This document shows positions 45,601 through 57,280 of a stretch of DNA of 64,000 nt, in pieces. The translations under genes were made by a program, and so were the position numbers. Source of the stretch: Amoebophrya sp. A120 (lineage: Eukaryota > Protista > Dinoflagellata); the NCBI GenBank assembly GCA_905178155.1, contig CAJINV010000003.1:10345489-10409488 (forward strand), given 5' to 3'. Under the pieces are notes generated by a model. The model was not told the DNA's origin, ran no database searches, and was given only the letters and a program-made list of their open reading frames with translations. How positions within the stretch are numbered: the stretch's first letter is position 1; each line of letters opens with the position of its first letter.

Positions 45601-48600
45601 ACGAAGAGAGCGAGTTCGACGACCACGGCGCAGACTGCGAGACGAGCGACGCCGAGAAAGATGCGAACGGAGACGTTTCATCTTCTGCATTAATGAAAAG
45701 CGCACCTCCTCGCAAAAAGAGCAAGCTGCCGGATGATATGGAGAAAACTAGAACTACATCAATTTGTGCGGGCAACAAGAGCGCCGGTACCGGATCTGCA
45801 GAAGCAAGTATGGCCGCGCCATCACGGAAGCCCTACGCAGGCCGGAGCAGTATATCGCTTGCGAAAATCTCGGGCCGTCGAGGCCGAGGACGGCATCTCC
45901 GGCTTCGACATCAAAGAGGCGAGTTCTTTGCAGAGGATTTACTGGAATGCAACTGCAAGTGCCCCCAAGAGTTGCTCAGGTATTTCCAGGCGGGGATCCG
46001 AGCGCGCGTCATCGCACAGACAATCATGAACCAGTGTTCCAGCCGGAGTCATGCAATTTTTGAAATCACTGTGGAAAGTAAAAAGCTCGGGAGCAGAGCA
46101 AAGCTGCAGCTGGTAGCAGACCCCCAGGAGTGTGTTTCTGTTCTTTTCATTTTGATCAAGTAAAGATAGCTTTTGATTCAAATATGCTTGATGTCGATGT
46201 CACGGTGTAATAAATTTGATTCACAATTGTCACGTCCTTTCTCCAAAAAATGGAAATCGAAATACGATCTGTACGAGTAGAAGCTAGGCGGGCCGCACCC
46301 GATCATATCAATCATTCGCATGTAGGTGGACCTTGCCGGGTCTGAGCGTCCTTTCGCTCGCGCTAATTCAACTGGAGTAACCGGCGACACTGGTGCGGTG
46401 ACTTGTACTAGCAGCTCCGCGATATCGTCTGCGACCAGCACACCTCGCGGAGAGCGTTTGCAGGAAACGGTGCAAATCAACACGTCCCTTTTCATCCTGC
46501 GGAAAGTCATCACCGCACTAGCTTCTGGGTCCAGGAACAAGCACATCCCTTTTCGAGAGAGTAAAGAATGACAAATATTTTTATATATTATAGCATCAGT
46601 CAACCACATCCATATCACATCGACAGTTCCTGTTCCAACTTGGCAGTTACGATAAGGATAAGCATATCGATGTCATCGTTTTTCCGAGTGGAGTTGTTGC
46701 ACATTGTCACTTTCGCACAATGATTGAAGAGTGCAGTTTTAGTTGTGGTAGCACGGACATACTCGATGAAACTCCAAAATGATAGGTAAGCTGACATGTC
46801 TGCTGCAACACGCAATCATCCAGGGGAATTCCAACACGATAATGCTTGCCTGTATTTCGCCGGCTCAGGAATATTTGCAAGAATCGCTGAGCACGCTCCA
46901 TTACGCCTCATTGTGCTCGCGATTGAAGACATACCCCTGCCGCAACGTGGACCCGAACCTACTGATGATTGACAGCTTGAAAAAGTTGCTGCTAAAGGCA
47001 CACAACTACATACGTGAAAAAGAGGACGGAAAACTGCCGCCCGCGCTGCTCGAGCTGTCCCCGGATGACGAAGACCAGCGGGAGGGTTTCGGGGAACAAA
47101 ACCAAGAGCTGGCAGCAACACTCACGGGCCTCCAACTGCAGCCGCTGGCAGCATCATCTGGAGGAGTCGCTATCTCTACTTCATCGGCGTTTGCTGGGCC
47201 GCATAGCTCGTCGACGCATAGCTCGTCGACGTATCTGGACATGTACACTACTAGTCAACAGAAGGGCAGCATGCAATCCCGTGCCACGGCGGGATTGAAC
47301 TATGGTACTACTGGGAGCGGACATAAAACAGCAGAAAAGCTCCTGCGTAATCGGTTTGCTGGAGCCTATTACACCGATACCGGCGTGGGTGGAGGGGGCG
47401 CGATAGGTTATCTGCGTCCTGGTGAAGAGTTGGGCTTCATGGAGGCTCTTGCTCCTGAGCAGAACTCGCACAACCTAGCCCCATCGGCTTCTAAAAGCGG
47501 TCATTCCTCTCGTTACTATCAATTTCCGGGAGGCCGCGAAAACTCCGGACTCGGATTGGGAGCAAGCACGGTTCAGGCATATGGATGCCCAGCTTCTTGT
47601 TCTTCCTCTGCAAAAAGGACTACGGATGCTCCAGGTGGAAACAACCTAGACCACGATAACTGCAACAGAAGTATAAATATGACTTTCGTAGCAAGTGTTT
47701 AATAGTTCTCGCAGGCTTCTTGTTGTAGGCTTGTGCAAATAAAGCAGATATTGATAGACGGCTGATGTAGAAGTAGAAGTGACTTGCCAAACACGACCGC
47801 TACACAGGATACACGAATATTGAATCCGAAGTGTATTATAATGGCAAAAAGTCGAATCAGGAGCGTCCCTGACCGCCGGATTTTCGGCTTAGAAGGCTCG
47901 CTGCGAAAAAAAAATGCCATATACTTACTTCGTTATATTATGTGCCGATGCCGGAGCCGGACAGCAAAAGAAATAACTTACGTACGCTTTCGCTTTCAGG
48001 TGGTGTCAGTGTGCGACGGCTGGCCCGGTGGTTTCATGCGCAAGACGATCTTTTCTATGGCATTAAAAAGCCCGACGTTTCAAAACCATCAGCAGATCTC
48101 CTCGAAAACGCGGTACGTAAGCATCTGGCTTCTTCCTCCAGAAGTGCTCATCAAGCGAGAGTAACTGAAAGCGACGAATTGAAGCACGACGAGGACGCCA
48201 GCGGCGAGACCGCGACTGCAACATCGCACAGCAGCACGACGAGGAAGAACCGGTCGAGTCTACTCTCAGGAACTGAAGAGGAAATGTTACGCAGGACGGC
48301 CGACCAAGATCAAGAACAAGATAGCGGAGGACAGGAAAAATCCAGTCACGAAAATCCAAATCTAGCAAGCCCAAGTTCCGATGTGCTGCGCAATAAACGT
48401 GGTGGCCTCTCATTTCCGATAGTTATGTCGCCCGTGTTTGAGGGCGAGAACGAGGACGCAGAGAGTGTTCTCGAAGCAGATCCTCCGAGGACCGCTTTTT
48501 CGACGAGCTTTGATCGTCCCCGCACACCCACCAGCACTCGAATGACCACACCTCCGATATCGGCGGCCACGGTGAGCTCTGCAAGCTCGTTGCGAGCCAG

Positions 48601-50533
48601 CAGACATTTAACGCAACGTGCGAACAGCTGCCGCCGTGGCGGGAAGATCATGGTTGCTGCAGACGTCGACCTTCAACAAGAAGTCTCACCCAAGCTGGCC
48701 GCAGGGGTTGTGGATATCAATAGTAGCAAGGGCGGCCCCTCGTCCTCCTCCTCGTGGTCAGGCGGAGCGACCTCGACTAGAGACCCGAGGCCAATAGACG
48801 GTATACGGAAGGTCGAAGCTGCCCGTCCCTCCGAACAAGAAGAGGACACAGCTTTCCGTAGAAGTCTATCTACGATGCGCAGGACGACAATGCCGACCAC
48901 GAACTCTTCCAGAGCGGCTTCGAAAGAGAAGACTGTGCCAGGAATACTCGGAGTTGCGGTTTTACCAGAATTATGCTCCACCAATGCCAATGCGAGAGCG
49001 AGTACGATTACGAGTGCTAGAAGAACAGATGCTACGACCCCTGCTGGAGCGCGCCCAAGTAGACCTTCAGGAAGCAAAACTGCATTAGCATCCATCTCAA
49101 GGCGGCGGAAAACGAAAACTTCCGCAGGCGATCCAGAAGCTAGCTGTAGTGCTGCTAGTACTGATGACACCGCGAACAATCAGAATCAACGCAATCGGCA
49201 TCGAAGTGACATTCCAAGTTCCATGGGTAGTGGCAGGCCCACGTCAGCCTCTGCAACTCGGAGCACCGTCTTACGACCTTCTCAAATGTTCAAGGTCGAG
49301 TTGCTTTCCCAACGTGTTGCTCCTTTTTTGCATGTTTGGGATGCAACATCCTTTTTGTTCTCGCGGATCGTGCTTCCGAGTAGATATTAGCTCGAGCAGG
49401 TCACGAACCCAATAAAAAGAGCCGAACGACGACCAAATTTGTTAGTCAGTGTTGAGGCTTCGCAGCACAGTAGCTATTCACTGTATCTGAGTCGGCTGGT
49501 GCAAAGCGCTGCTTTATCTCCTGGGCACTTCTAGACAAAACTGGCGGAAGTGCAGCCGGAAGGTCGAGTTATGTGATACATCTGCACGGAAAAGAAAGGC
49601 ATACCGAGGTGAGCCAGGGTAGCTGATGCCGTCATTGTCATTCACGGCCAAAAGAAAAATAAAAATAATTAAAATACTTTTGAGCTGCTTCACGTTAAGC
49701 ACCCCTGAGAAGGCCATACGTCTCCGACTTTCTCGACGGATTTTTGGCAGCCGACGACGACGACGAATTTTTGAACACGCGCTTGGACCAGTACCTCGCC
49801 GATACGCGACTGAGCACGGACAATCAAGCCATTCAGGCCAAGTCCTTCCTCGAAGACGACGTGGACCCCGCGCACGCGTTGAGCCTGCAGCGCGAGATTT
49901 TTGCAGGCGGCGATGTAGTTTTCGGAGGCGAGGTGATGTGCGAGCCTGCAGCGCCGTTATGGATGGAGCAGGAGCAAGGAGAAGGATGTCGTTCTTTCGA
50001 CGTAGCAGGATTAAAAGATATTGATACTCCTCCTTGTTTGGTCACTACCTTTAAGGGTTTTGACGCTCGGCATTTACCCGAAGTGGAAGACGCATTCGCT
50101 AGCATCAATGTCGCTCAAAAGAAGTACAGCGCGATCATGAGATCGAATCTCGCGAACGGCGCCCTTCGCGGTTCGCGGACGCAAGGAGGTAAGGAATTTC
50201 AGGACGACCAGGACGAGCACCCGAAATTTTTGAATTCCGGCCCTGTCTCGATTGACCGGTCTTGTGACGTTCAGCACCACCAGCAGCAGCTCCTGCAGAC
50301 GACGGTAAACACATCGCGGAACACAACAAGAAACCAATACCTCGCTGCCCCTGCGGCCAACGACGGTGGTGGAAAAAATGCAAACGGAACGTCGACCGGA
50401 GCACAGGCATATCCTGTAGTGTGTTCTCCTACGGCCGCGCATGCGTACGGTCAGAGCTGCAGCCCGGAACGAGCGGAGAACCTTCGTCTCGAAAATGAGC
50501 GCCTCTCCGAGCAGGTGAAGGAGCTGCAAGAGT
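42623..50533 (+). CDS. Kinesin motor-domain protein with long low-complexity insertions and tail; exons approx. 42623-43041, 44058-44539, 45334-46112, 46326-46560, 46786 to about 47670, about 47940-49271, 49724 to about 50533; 3' end not located
   Basis: [10 protein letters not shown]; P-loop [12 protein letters not shown]; [14 protein letters not shown]; switch [12 protein letters not shown]; switch [11 protein letters not shown]; INTSL; [13 protein letters not shown]; [15 protein letters not shown]. Confidence 0.95.
43042..44052. mobile_element. 1-kb introner-like intron in the kinesin
   Basis: TAT...ATA ends; TSD GTCCT/CTCCT; in-frame [15 protein letters not shown] restores the kinesin FDxVxxxxxxQ spacing. 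Confidence 0.8.
44540..45328. mobile_element. Introner-like intron in the kinesin
   Basis: TAT...ATA ends; TSD GTGCA/ATGCA; in-frame [25 protein letters not shown]. Confidence 0.75.
44772..44824. repeat. Perfect palindrome with 26-bp arms and a 1-nt spacer
   Basis: GATAGGGCTTCTAAAGTAGCACGACG-A-CGTCGTGCTACTTTAGAAGCCCTATC. Confidence 0.97.
49272..49718. mobile_element. 447-bp introner in the kinesin tail (same family as 5029-5619)
   Basis: Ends TACGACCTTCTCAAATGTT and TGAGAAGGCCATA; perfect TSD CGTCT; in-frame [20 protein letters not shown]. Confidence 0.88.
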
Positions 50534-51685
50534 TATATTGTGTAAAAGCGTATGATTATGCACCCAAGAGTTGTCACGCAGATCTAGCATAAGCTACTGT
50601 ACTACTCCTACCGCTCGTGCTTGCGAATGGATCGATGCGCTGCAAGTGTTTTGTCCCGCATCGGCATCGCCCTGCCGGTGGTGCGGTCCAGCCACAGCCT
50701 CCTCCGATATCAGGTGTGCAAAGGGAGAGGTTTGTGGTCCACCAATTAAGTATCGCTGGATCTTCCGTCGCAAAAAAGTGTGGTGCGAAACGGATTGGCC
50801 GCTGGATCATATTTTATGGTGCGGCGCCTTGGCCTTTCACGTCGGCGACTGGTCGTGGGTAGGTCCCAACGACTTTTACAGGCGGCCAGAAGTGCCCAGC
50901 TGCCTTTCCACCCCGCCGGGATATGCTTAGCCTGTGGCGCCGGGGGTGGTGACCATGACATGTGCAGGATGACGATGACCATGAATGATTCATGACACTG
51001 AAGATTTTGCGGCTCCCGCTCCCCGTGCAAGGAGTTCGCTACTGTTCGGCGGAACAAGTAGGGGTCGTGCCGCTTCTCAAGTACAAGTGAGTATGATGAT
51101 ACAGATGAACTAAGATTAACGGAAAGTGTTTGTGATTGTAGCAGGGCTACCACCACTACAGTTACAACACCCATGTTGCGGAAGATCCAAGTTAGTTGTG
51201 TGACATGCACCTGCAACGCTCAAAGCATTGCTTGATCTCTGTGCTTGCACTTCGCATCGACTTGCACAAAAACTTTTCCCCATCTTGATCTACTTGAACA
51301 TGGGTTGGCTACGTTTTTACTCAGTGTAATGGTCTCGAAGTTCGCTGGAAAATCGTATCAAGGCTGCTGAACTGATGGCCGCAAAATATGAAAGCCTTAG
51401 CTGGAACAAGTTCAACTGGAACGATTCGCGTCGCGAGGTCTGACTCTGGGTGGTTTTCAGCGTGAAAAACGTAAGTATCCAACTTCGCACTGCATGCGCA
51501 TAGAAACTATCTATCTTACAGCTACAAACTCAAATTCTGTCGGGCCACTCGCTAGAAGTGGCAGCAGTGCATATTTTTAAAGGGTCATGTGAACTGCCGC
51601 TGGACAGGGACTTTGCCTCTGCCCCGCCTTCTGTCGTAAGACAAGACTGGGCTTTGCATCGGATATTGCCAAATATGTACTCAAA

Positions 51686-52135
51686 CAATCGACGGCAGTC
51701 CCCGGGCCCCTCATTGAATCCGCAAAAGGGAAAGCGCGCCGGCCGTGCCGATAATTCTTCAAATTTTGCGCCGCCGCCCATGCATTTTCTCGCGAGCAGA
51801 ATGACCCCAGCCGCGCGCTCGGATATTTTGGCACGGACCCAGCAATGGGGGCGCGGGGCTTTGACAATGGCAAAGCGTTCGCCTCTATCCGGATATTGTT
51901 TGCCGAACCAATATCATTCAACTTCAAACATCAATCGACCACGCCACTCGCTCCCCGGGCCCCTCATTGAATCCGCGAAATTGCGTCGGTCGCGCCAGTA
52001 ATTCCTAAGATTTTGCGCCGTCGCCCATTTTCTCGCCCGCGAGCAGAATGGCCCCAGCGCGCCCAGGTATTTTGGCGCGGATTCAATGGAGGCGCGGGGC
52101 TTTGAACATGGAGAAGCGTTTGCCTATATCCGACA
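51686..52135. repeat. Diverged tandem duplication, ~245-bp unit, 2 copies
   Basis: TCCCCGGGCCCCTCATTGAATCCGC...TTTTGCGCCG...GCGAGCAGAATG...GCGCGGGGCTTTGA...TATCCG present twice. Confidence 0.85.
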
Positions 52136-53427
52136 CAGCTTCCGCTTGTATTTGCTCCAGCTGAGCACGTCACACAAAATCGACCCTGGGAGACTCGGAC
52201 CCCGATAAAGTCAATGTGGGCGCGGTATTAACTACCTGCTATTCCTTCGATAGATTAAGATTTACCAAAAAGTTACTAAAAAATCTAAATCGGTACAGTA
52301 TATATGCTTCTCGCTGCAACAGGTAGCTACTCACGTTTTCTTTCGGCAACCGCAACCCGACCGAAAAAAAACACAGCAAAAACAAGAAGTCCATTTGAAG
52401 CGGCGCGCCGTTGCCTGCGGTTCCCGGGCAGCTTTCGCTATGCGGTCGGGATCTGGGTTTTGGTCGAGCACCAGCCTGAAGGAAAAGGCTTCCCGTTGAC
52501 TATGGCGACTGCCGCTGCGACAAGTTGAGTCAATGAATTGCTACTCCACTCTGACTCTAGATACAAGGCCGCAGCTTATGTCGCGCAGTGGGAGGGTGAG
52601 CGAGTGGACAGGGGGGAAAGAAAAACGCCAGAGGATGGGCAAGGGAAAAGATTTCTGAGGCAGGGCGGGGCCAAGCATCTGCGCCGCTTCTAGTTGAAAG
52701 AACCAAGGCGGAGCGCCATGGCGCCCGTGGTAGTTCCCGTCGTTGTGCGACCGCGAGGACCCCGCCCGCATTGGGCGCGCGCCCGAGGCGGCAAGCCTTA
52801 GGCCCAACAGCGCAAAGGCAAAGCGCGGCAGCGGGCGGGCCCCAGTGGACGGGGGAAGGAAGCAGGAGAACAGCCCGCGCCATGCGCGGCGCCTGCGCGC
52901 GACGCCCTGGCCGCGCGTTTGCTGTGTGAGCGGCCCGTCCGTGCCGCCTGCCGGTGCGCCGGCCCTGCCCCTGCGCGCCTTCATGCTCTCCCGTCCATCT
53001 CCCGCGCGCAGCCTTGCAGGACAGGGGCGCGCTCCTGGGGCCCCTGCCGCGCGTGAGGGTAGAGGACGGGCGCCGGGGCGGGGCATTCATTGTTTTCCAG
53101 GCGCTTGGGCCCACCAACCTCCCCCCGCACCCCCCGGACAACTATGGCTCCCCACGCGCTGGCCCGCACGCAATCTGTTCCGCTCCCGCCTTCCCTCGCG
53201 CGCAGCCAGCCCCCAAGACAGAAACGGCGGACGGTGGCGCCCTCCTACCGCCCCCCCGCGAACAGGGGGGGGGGCGTCGGGGGAGGGTGGTGGGCAGCTG
53301 CCCGCCTCCCCGCCTGGTGTTAGTTGGGGCGCGGTGGGTCTGCCCCGTGGGCCGATGCTTCCCGGCTTCTTTCCCCTTGCCCCGCGCCCGCCTTCCCCGT
53401 GCTTCCCGCTTTCCCCGTGCTTCCCGC

Positions 53428-53842
53428 NNNNNNNNNNNNNNNNNNNNNNNNNNNNNNNNNNNNNNNNNNNNNNNNNNNNNNNNNNNNNNNNNNNNNNNNN
53501 NNNNNNNNNNNNNNNNNNNNNNNNNNNNNNNNNNNNNNNNNNNNNNNNNNNNNNNNNNNNNNNNNNNNNNNNNNNNNNNNNNNNNNNNNNNNNNNNNNNN
53601 NNNNNNNNNNNNNNNNNNNNNNNNNNNNNNNNNNNNNNNNNNNNNNNNNNNNNNNNNNNNNNNNNNNNNNNNNNNNNNNNNNNNNNNNNNNNNNNNNNNN
53701 NNNNNNNNNNNNNNNNNNNNNNNNNNNNNNNNNNNNNNNNNNNNNNNNNNNNNNNNNNNNNNNNNNNNNNNNNNNNNNNNNNNNNNNNNNNNNNNNNNNN
53801 NNNNNNNNNNNNNNNNNNNNNNNNNNNNNNNNNNNNNNNNNN
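53428..53842. other. Assembly gap (N run)
   Basis: Run of N. Confidence 1.
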
Positions 53843-53849
53843 GCCCCCC

Positions 53850-54670
53850 GCTTTCAAAGCTGCAAAAACGGGGGAAGCGGTATCTTTGGAAGGTTGTTGC
53901 GAAATATTTTCTGGCCAGAATATTTTTCGAGGGCTGCAAAATATTTCGGCTTGCGAAGTATTTTGACTTGCGAAGTTTTTATTTTGGCTTGCAAAATATT
54001 CCGACTTGCGAAATAATTCGACTGGTGAAATTTTTTGGCTTGCGAAATCTTTTGCGTTGCAAAATATTTCGAGTTGCGAAATATCTTGAGTCGCGAAATG
54101 TTTTGCGTTGCAGAGTATTTTTTCGGGTTGGGAAATATTTGAAGTCGTGGCAAAACGTTTTGCGTTGCAAAATAGTCGGGAGTTCGGCGATGGGAATTGG
54201 GCGACGAAGGTTGGCAATCCAGCGATGGGAGTTGGGAGCCCGTGCGTTCTGCTCTCCCCGTGCCCTCCGCCTTCAGAGCTGCAAAAACGGGGGAAGCGGT
54301 TTCTTCGGGGGGTTGTTGCGAAATATTTTCTGGTCAGAATATTCTCCGAGGGTTGAGAAATATTCTGAGTTGCAAAATATTCCGACTTCCAAAATATTTC
54401 GACTTGTAAAATATTTTGCGTTGCAAAATATTTCGAGTTGCGAAATATTTTGCGTTGCAGAGTATTTTGATTCGCAAAATATTGCGAGTTGCAAAATATT
54501 TCGCGTTGCAAAATAGTTGGGCGATGGGCATTGGGCGATGAAAGTTGGGAGCTGGGCGATGGGGTTTGGGAAGTGGGCGACGGGAGTTGGGGGCTAAGCG
54601 ATGGGGGTGGTGGCGAGTTTGGCGGTGGGATATGCGAATTGGGCGATGGGAGTTGGGCGGTGGGCGGTGA
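53850..54670. repeat. Composite satellite: (TTGC(G/A)AAATATTT..) ~18-bp units and (TGGGCGATGGGAGT) units in a duplicated ~420-bp block
   Basis: Visible arrays; AGCTGCAAAAACGGGGGAAGCGGT recurs at about 53858 and 54277; explains the repetitive ORFs at 52954-54682. Confidence 0.9.
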
Positions 54671-57256
54671 GCGATTTCGCAAGTCGCGGAATTTTTGGGA
54701 AGTTTGAAAATTGTAGAAAAATTTTCGGCGTGGATGATTTTCCTCCCCGTCGCAAAGTTTTAACTCACGCCGCTCAGCAATAGGAGTTATAGATGGATAC
54801 CTGGCTCATATGTTGAGCAGACTCAATGGAGTGTTTTCCTACTCGTGCTAAATAAAGATACAGCCTCCGCGCCTGCTGCTGCGCAGCGGGCTCTGTGCAT
54901 CGGCCTTGTTCCGGCAGAGTCCTGCGGCCTCTTCCTCGCTACCGGTTGCCTGCCCCCGCTCTGCAGCAGTCGTGTGCGAATGGCCGCGGGGAACAAGGCT
55001 GGCGGGGCTCCCTCATCTTTCCCCGCCCCCACCTGCCGCCAAAAAGTAGCTGCTTGCTAGCCGCTGGCCGCGTGGAACCTCGCGGGGCCGCTCTACTTGC
55101 CGCTCCCTCGCCAGCGCCGCCGCTGCTCGCCTGCCGCACACACAGACCGCGCTCGGCTTTACTGTGGTGCACATCATGAGCGATTGCGTGTACGCATTAA
55201 TTTTAATACGCGCGCACACCGGGCCCAACTGGCACCAAGCAGTTTTTTTCTCCTAGGTTTAGGTTTAGGTAGGCCGCCACCGCCGCCGGCACGGGATGGC
55301 TGTCGACGCGACCGCCTCACCTTCGATCCGCGCCACCACCCTCATCTGCTGCTCGAGATCGATCCAGAAAGGGTGTAGTTTAGGTGTCAGGGTTTAGGAA
55401 CCAATTTTAATACGCGCGCGCACACAAAAATAGACGCAATAGATTCGCAAGCGCGCGCTACGCATCTTGACCGACTACGTTGTCTGCTTTTATTGTCTCA
55501 TTGTCATTCTTTATCGTTGATATGAAGCTTTTTTTTTGTTCGAGTAGTAATACTTATCTTTGAATTTGAAGATGGTTATTCTAACAAACTCCTTTGCAGG
55601 TGAAGTCAGCTCTGGAGGTGTGGGCTCACCAGCGAAGAGACGAAGCAGTGGCCTTGAAAAAGGAGGTACAAGACCTGAAGAAAAAAAAGTTTATGATGCT
55701 GGCTATGCTGAAAACGAAAAGCCCAGGTGGAGGATCGACACGTCAGAATTGATCAGATTATGAAGAGGGAAATCGAAGTCTGCTATATTCGCTGATACAG
55801 ACGCGCTGCAGAAGTATGACTATCTTCTGACGCAATTTTACTTTTATGATTATTTTGTAGGATGAATACTAGTGATAGAAAGAAATTAGAAATAGACCTA
55901 GACCCAAACCATAAGGAAAACTCAATGTCGATGTAAAATCTATAATGGTCTCCTGCCGCTGTTTATTTCCTTTCTGTTCCCTTTCGCAGCACCTTGACTA
56001 GCCACGTGACTCTGAGTACTGAACTTACACAACATAATAAAGTCGAGCTGAAGAATGATAATCTTCGAGAGTTCAGCGACGCCAACGCTGTCTACTGTAC
56101 ATCATAAGACTTACTTTAAGTTTAAGTTGAGTGGGGTGACAATTGGAGCAACTACGACTAACTCGGATCTCCGAGTTAGTCGTGTGGCCGGCTGAATCCG
56201 GGTGGCCGGGCGACTAACTCGGGACTGTAAGTCGGAGAGCTTTTGTCTCTAGAGATTTCGCAAGTGATGACTTCCCCTAAATAGACTTTGGCTTTATCTT
56301 TTTGATGCTTCGAGCAGCGCCAATCTAGCGCGAGTGATTATCAGTATCGAAAAACCAGTTGCCAGGAAACTACAGTGACCGAGAACTGGGAGCTTTCGAG
56401 TGCATCTGCATAATACGTGACGAATAATTTCGCTCTGCGTCCTCCTGAAAAAGGCCAAATGCTAATGCAGCTGCGTGAGTTGTATTAAGTGCTATGATAT
56501 CGTGCATGCATGAGTACAGTAGTACTTAAGTATGTAAAAAGGACATCAGAAGAAAAAGGAAAAAGTCGATGATGTTGATGAACATTCAGGAAGTTGTGTT
56601 CTTTTCGGAAGAAAAATAGTGATACTAGTCAGTACAAATGTATAATATAGACTAGGGCATCTGGTCGTGGACATGTAGACATAGCCGATTGCGGCTAGTA
56701 CACAATGAGAGCGGATAGTTTGGCAGCTACTTTTACATTTTCATTCTTTGCACGAAAAAGAACCTACAGGCCGAGGAAAAGGAACGGAAGCTGCCGGCAT
56801 GCGGCCGGTGGACTAAGTAAGCAAAACGGCGACGAACTACATACCCCCCGCCCCCTTCGCCTTCCCTGAAGCGAACACGCAGCGCACAGACGACACGGCC
56901 GGGCCCAACACGCCGCGGGCGGTCCCCCGGCTGCGCCACGGGGGGCCACCACCAGCGTGGCCGATCGCCCAATACGCTTGGCGCCACCATGCCCGGTCGC
57001 GCGCCGACGTAGCGGTAGCTACCTGCGACCTCTCACAGCTCTCATGCGAGCGCAATAGTGCTCGTTAGGAAAAAATCGATGCCACTCCATAGGTTGTGGT
57101 CGCAATCCACCGTACGCGTACGAAATTCTGCGCGCGAGTGCATTGGATGAGCTGCGAACGGAACAGTGAGGCTGCTTTCCTGCTTAGTCACTTGAGGCAT
57201 CCTGTTGACACAGTGAATAAAGTTAAAGACCCGGACGAAAATTACGCTTCCATTCC

Positions 57257-57280
57257 AACAAACAAACAAACAAACAAACA
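57257..57280. repeat. (CAAA)n microsatellite
   Basis: About 6 units visible. Confidence 0.85.

Noticed and set aside
50534-56043. 5.5-kb introner from TATATTGTGTAA (50534) to TTACACAACATA (56036)
   Set aside because: The inverted match is only 12 bp, the TSD does not align at 5 nt, the join gives an immediate stop, and the span crosses an assembly gap
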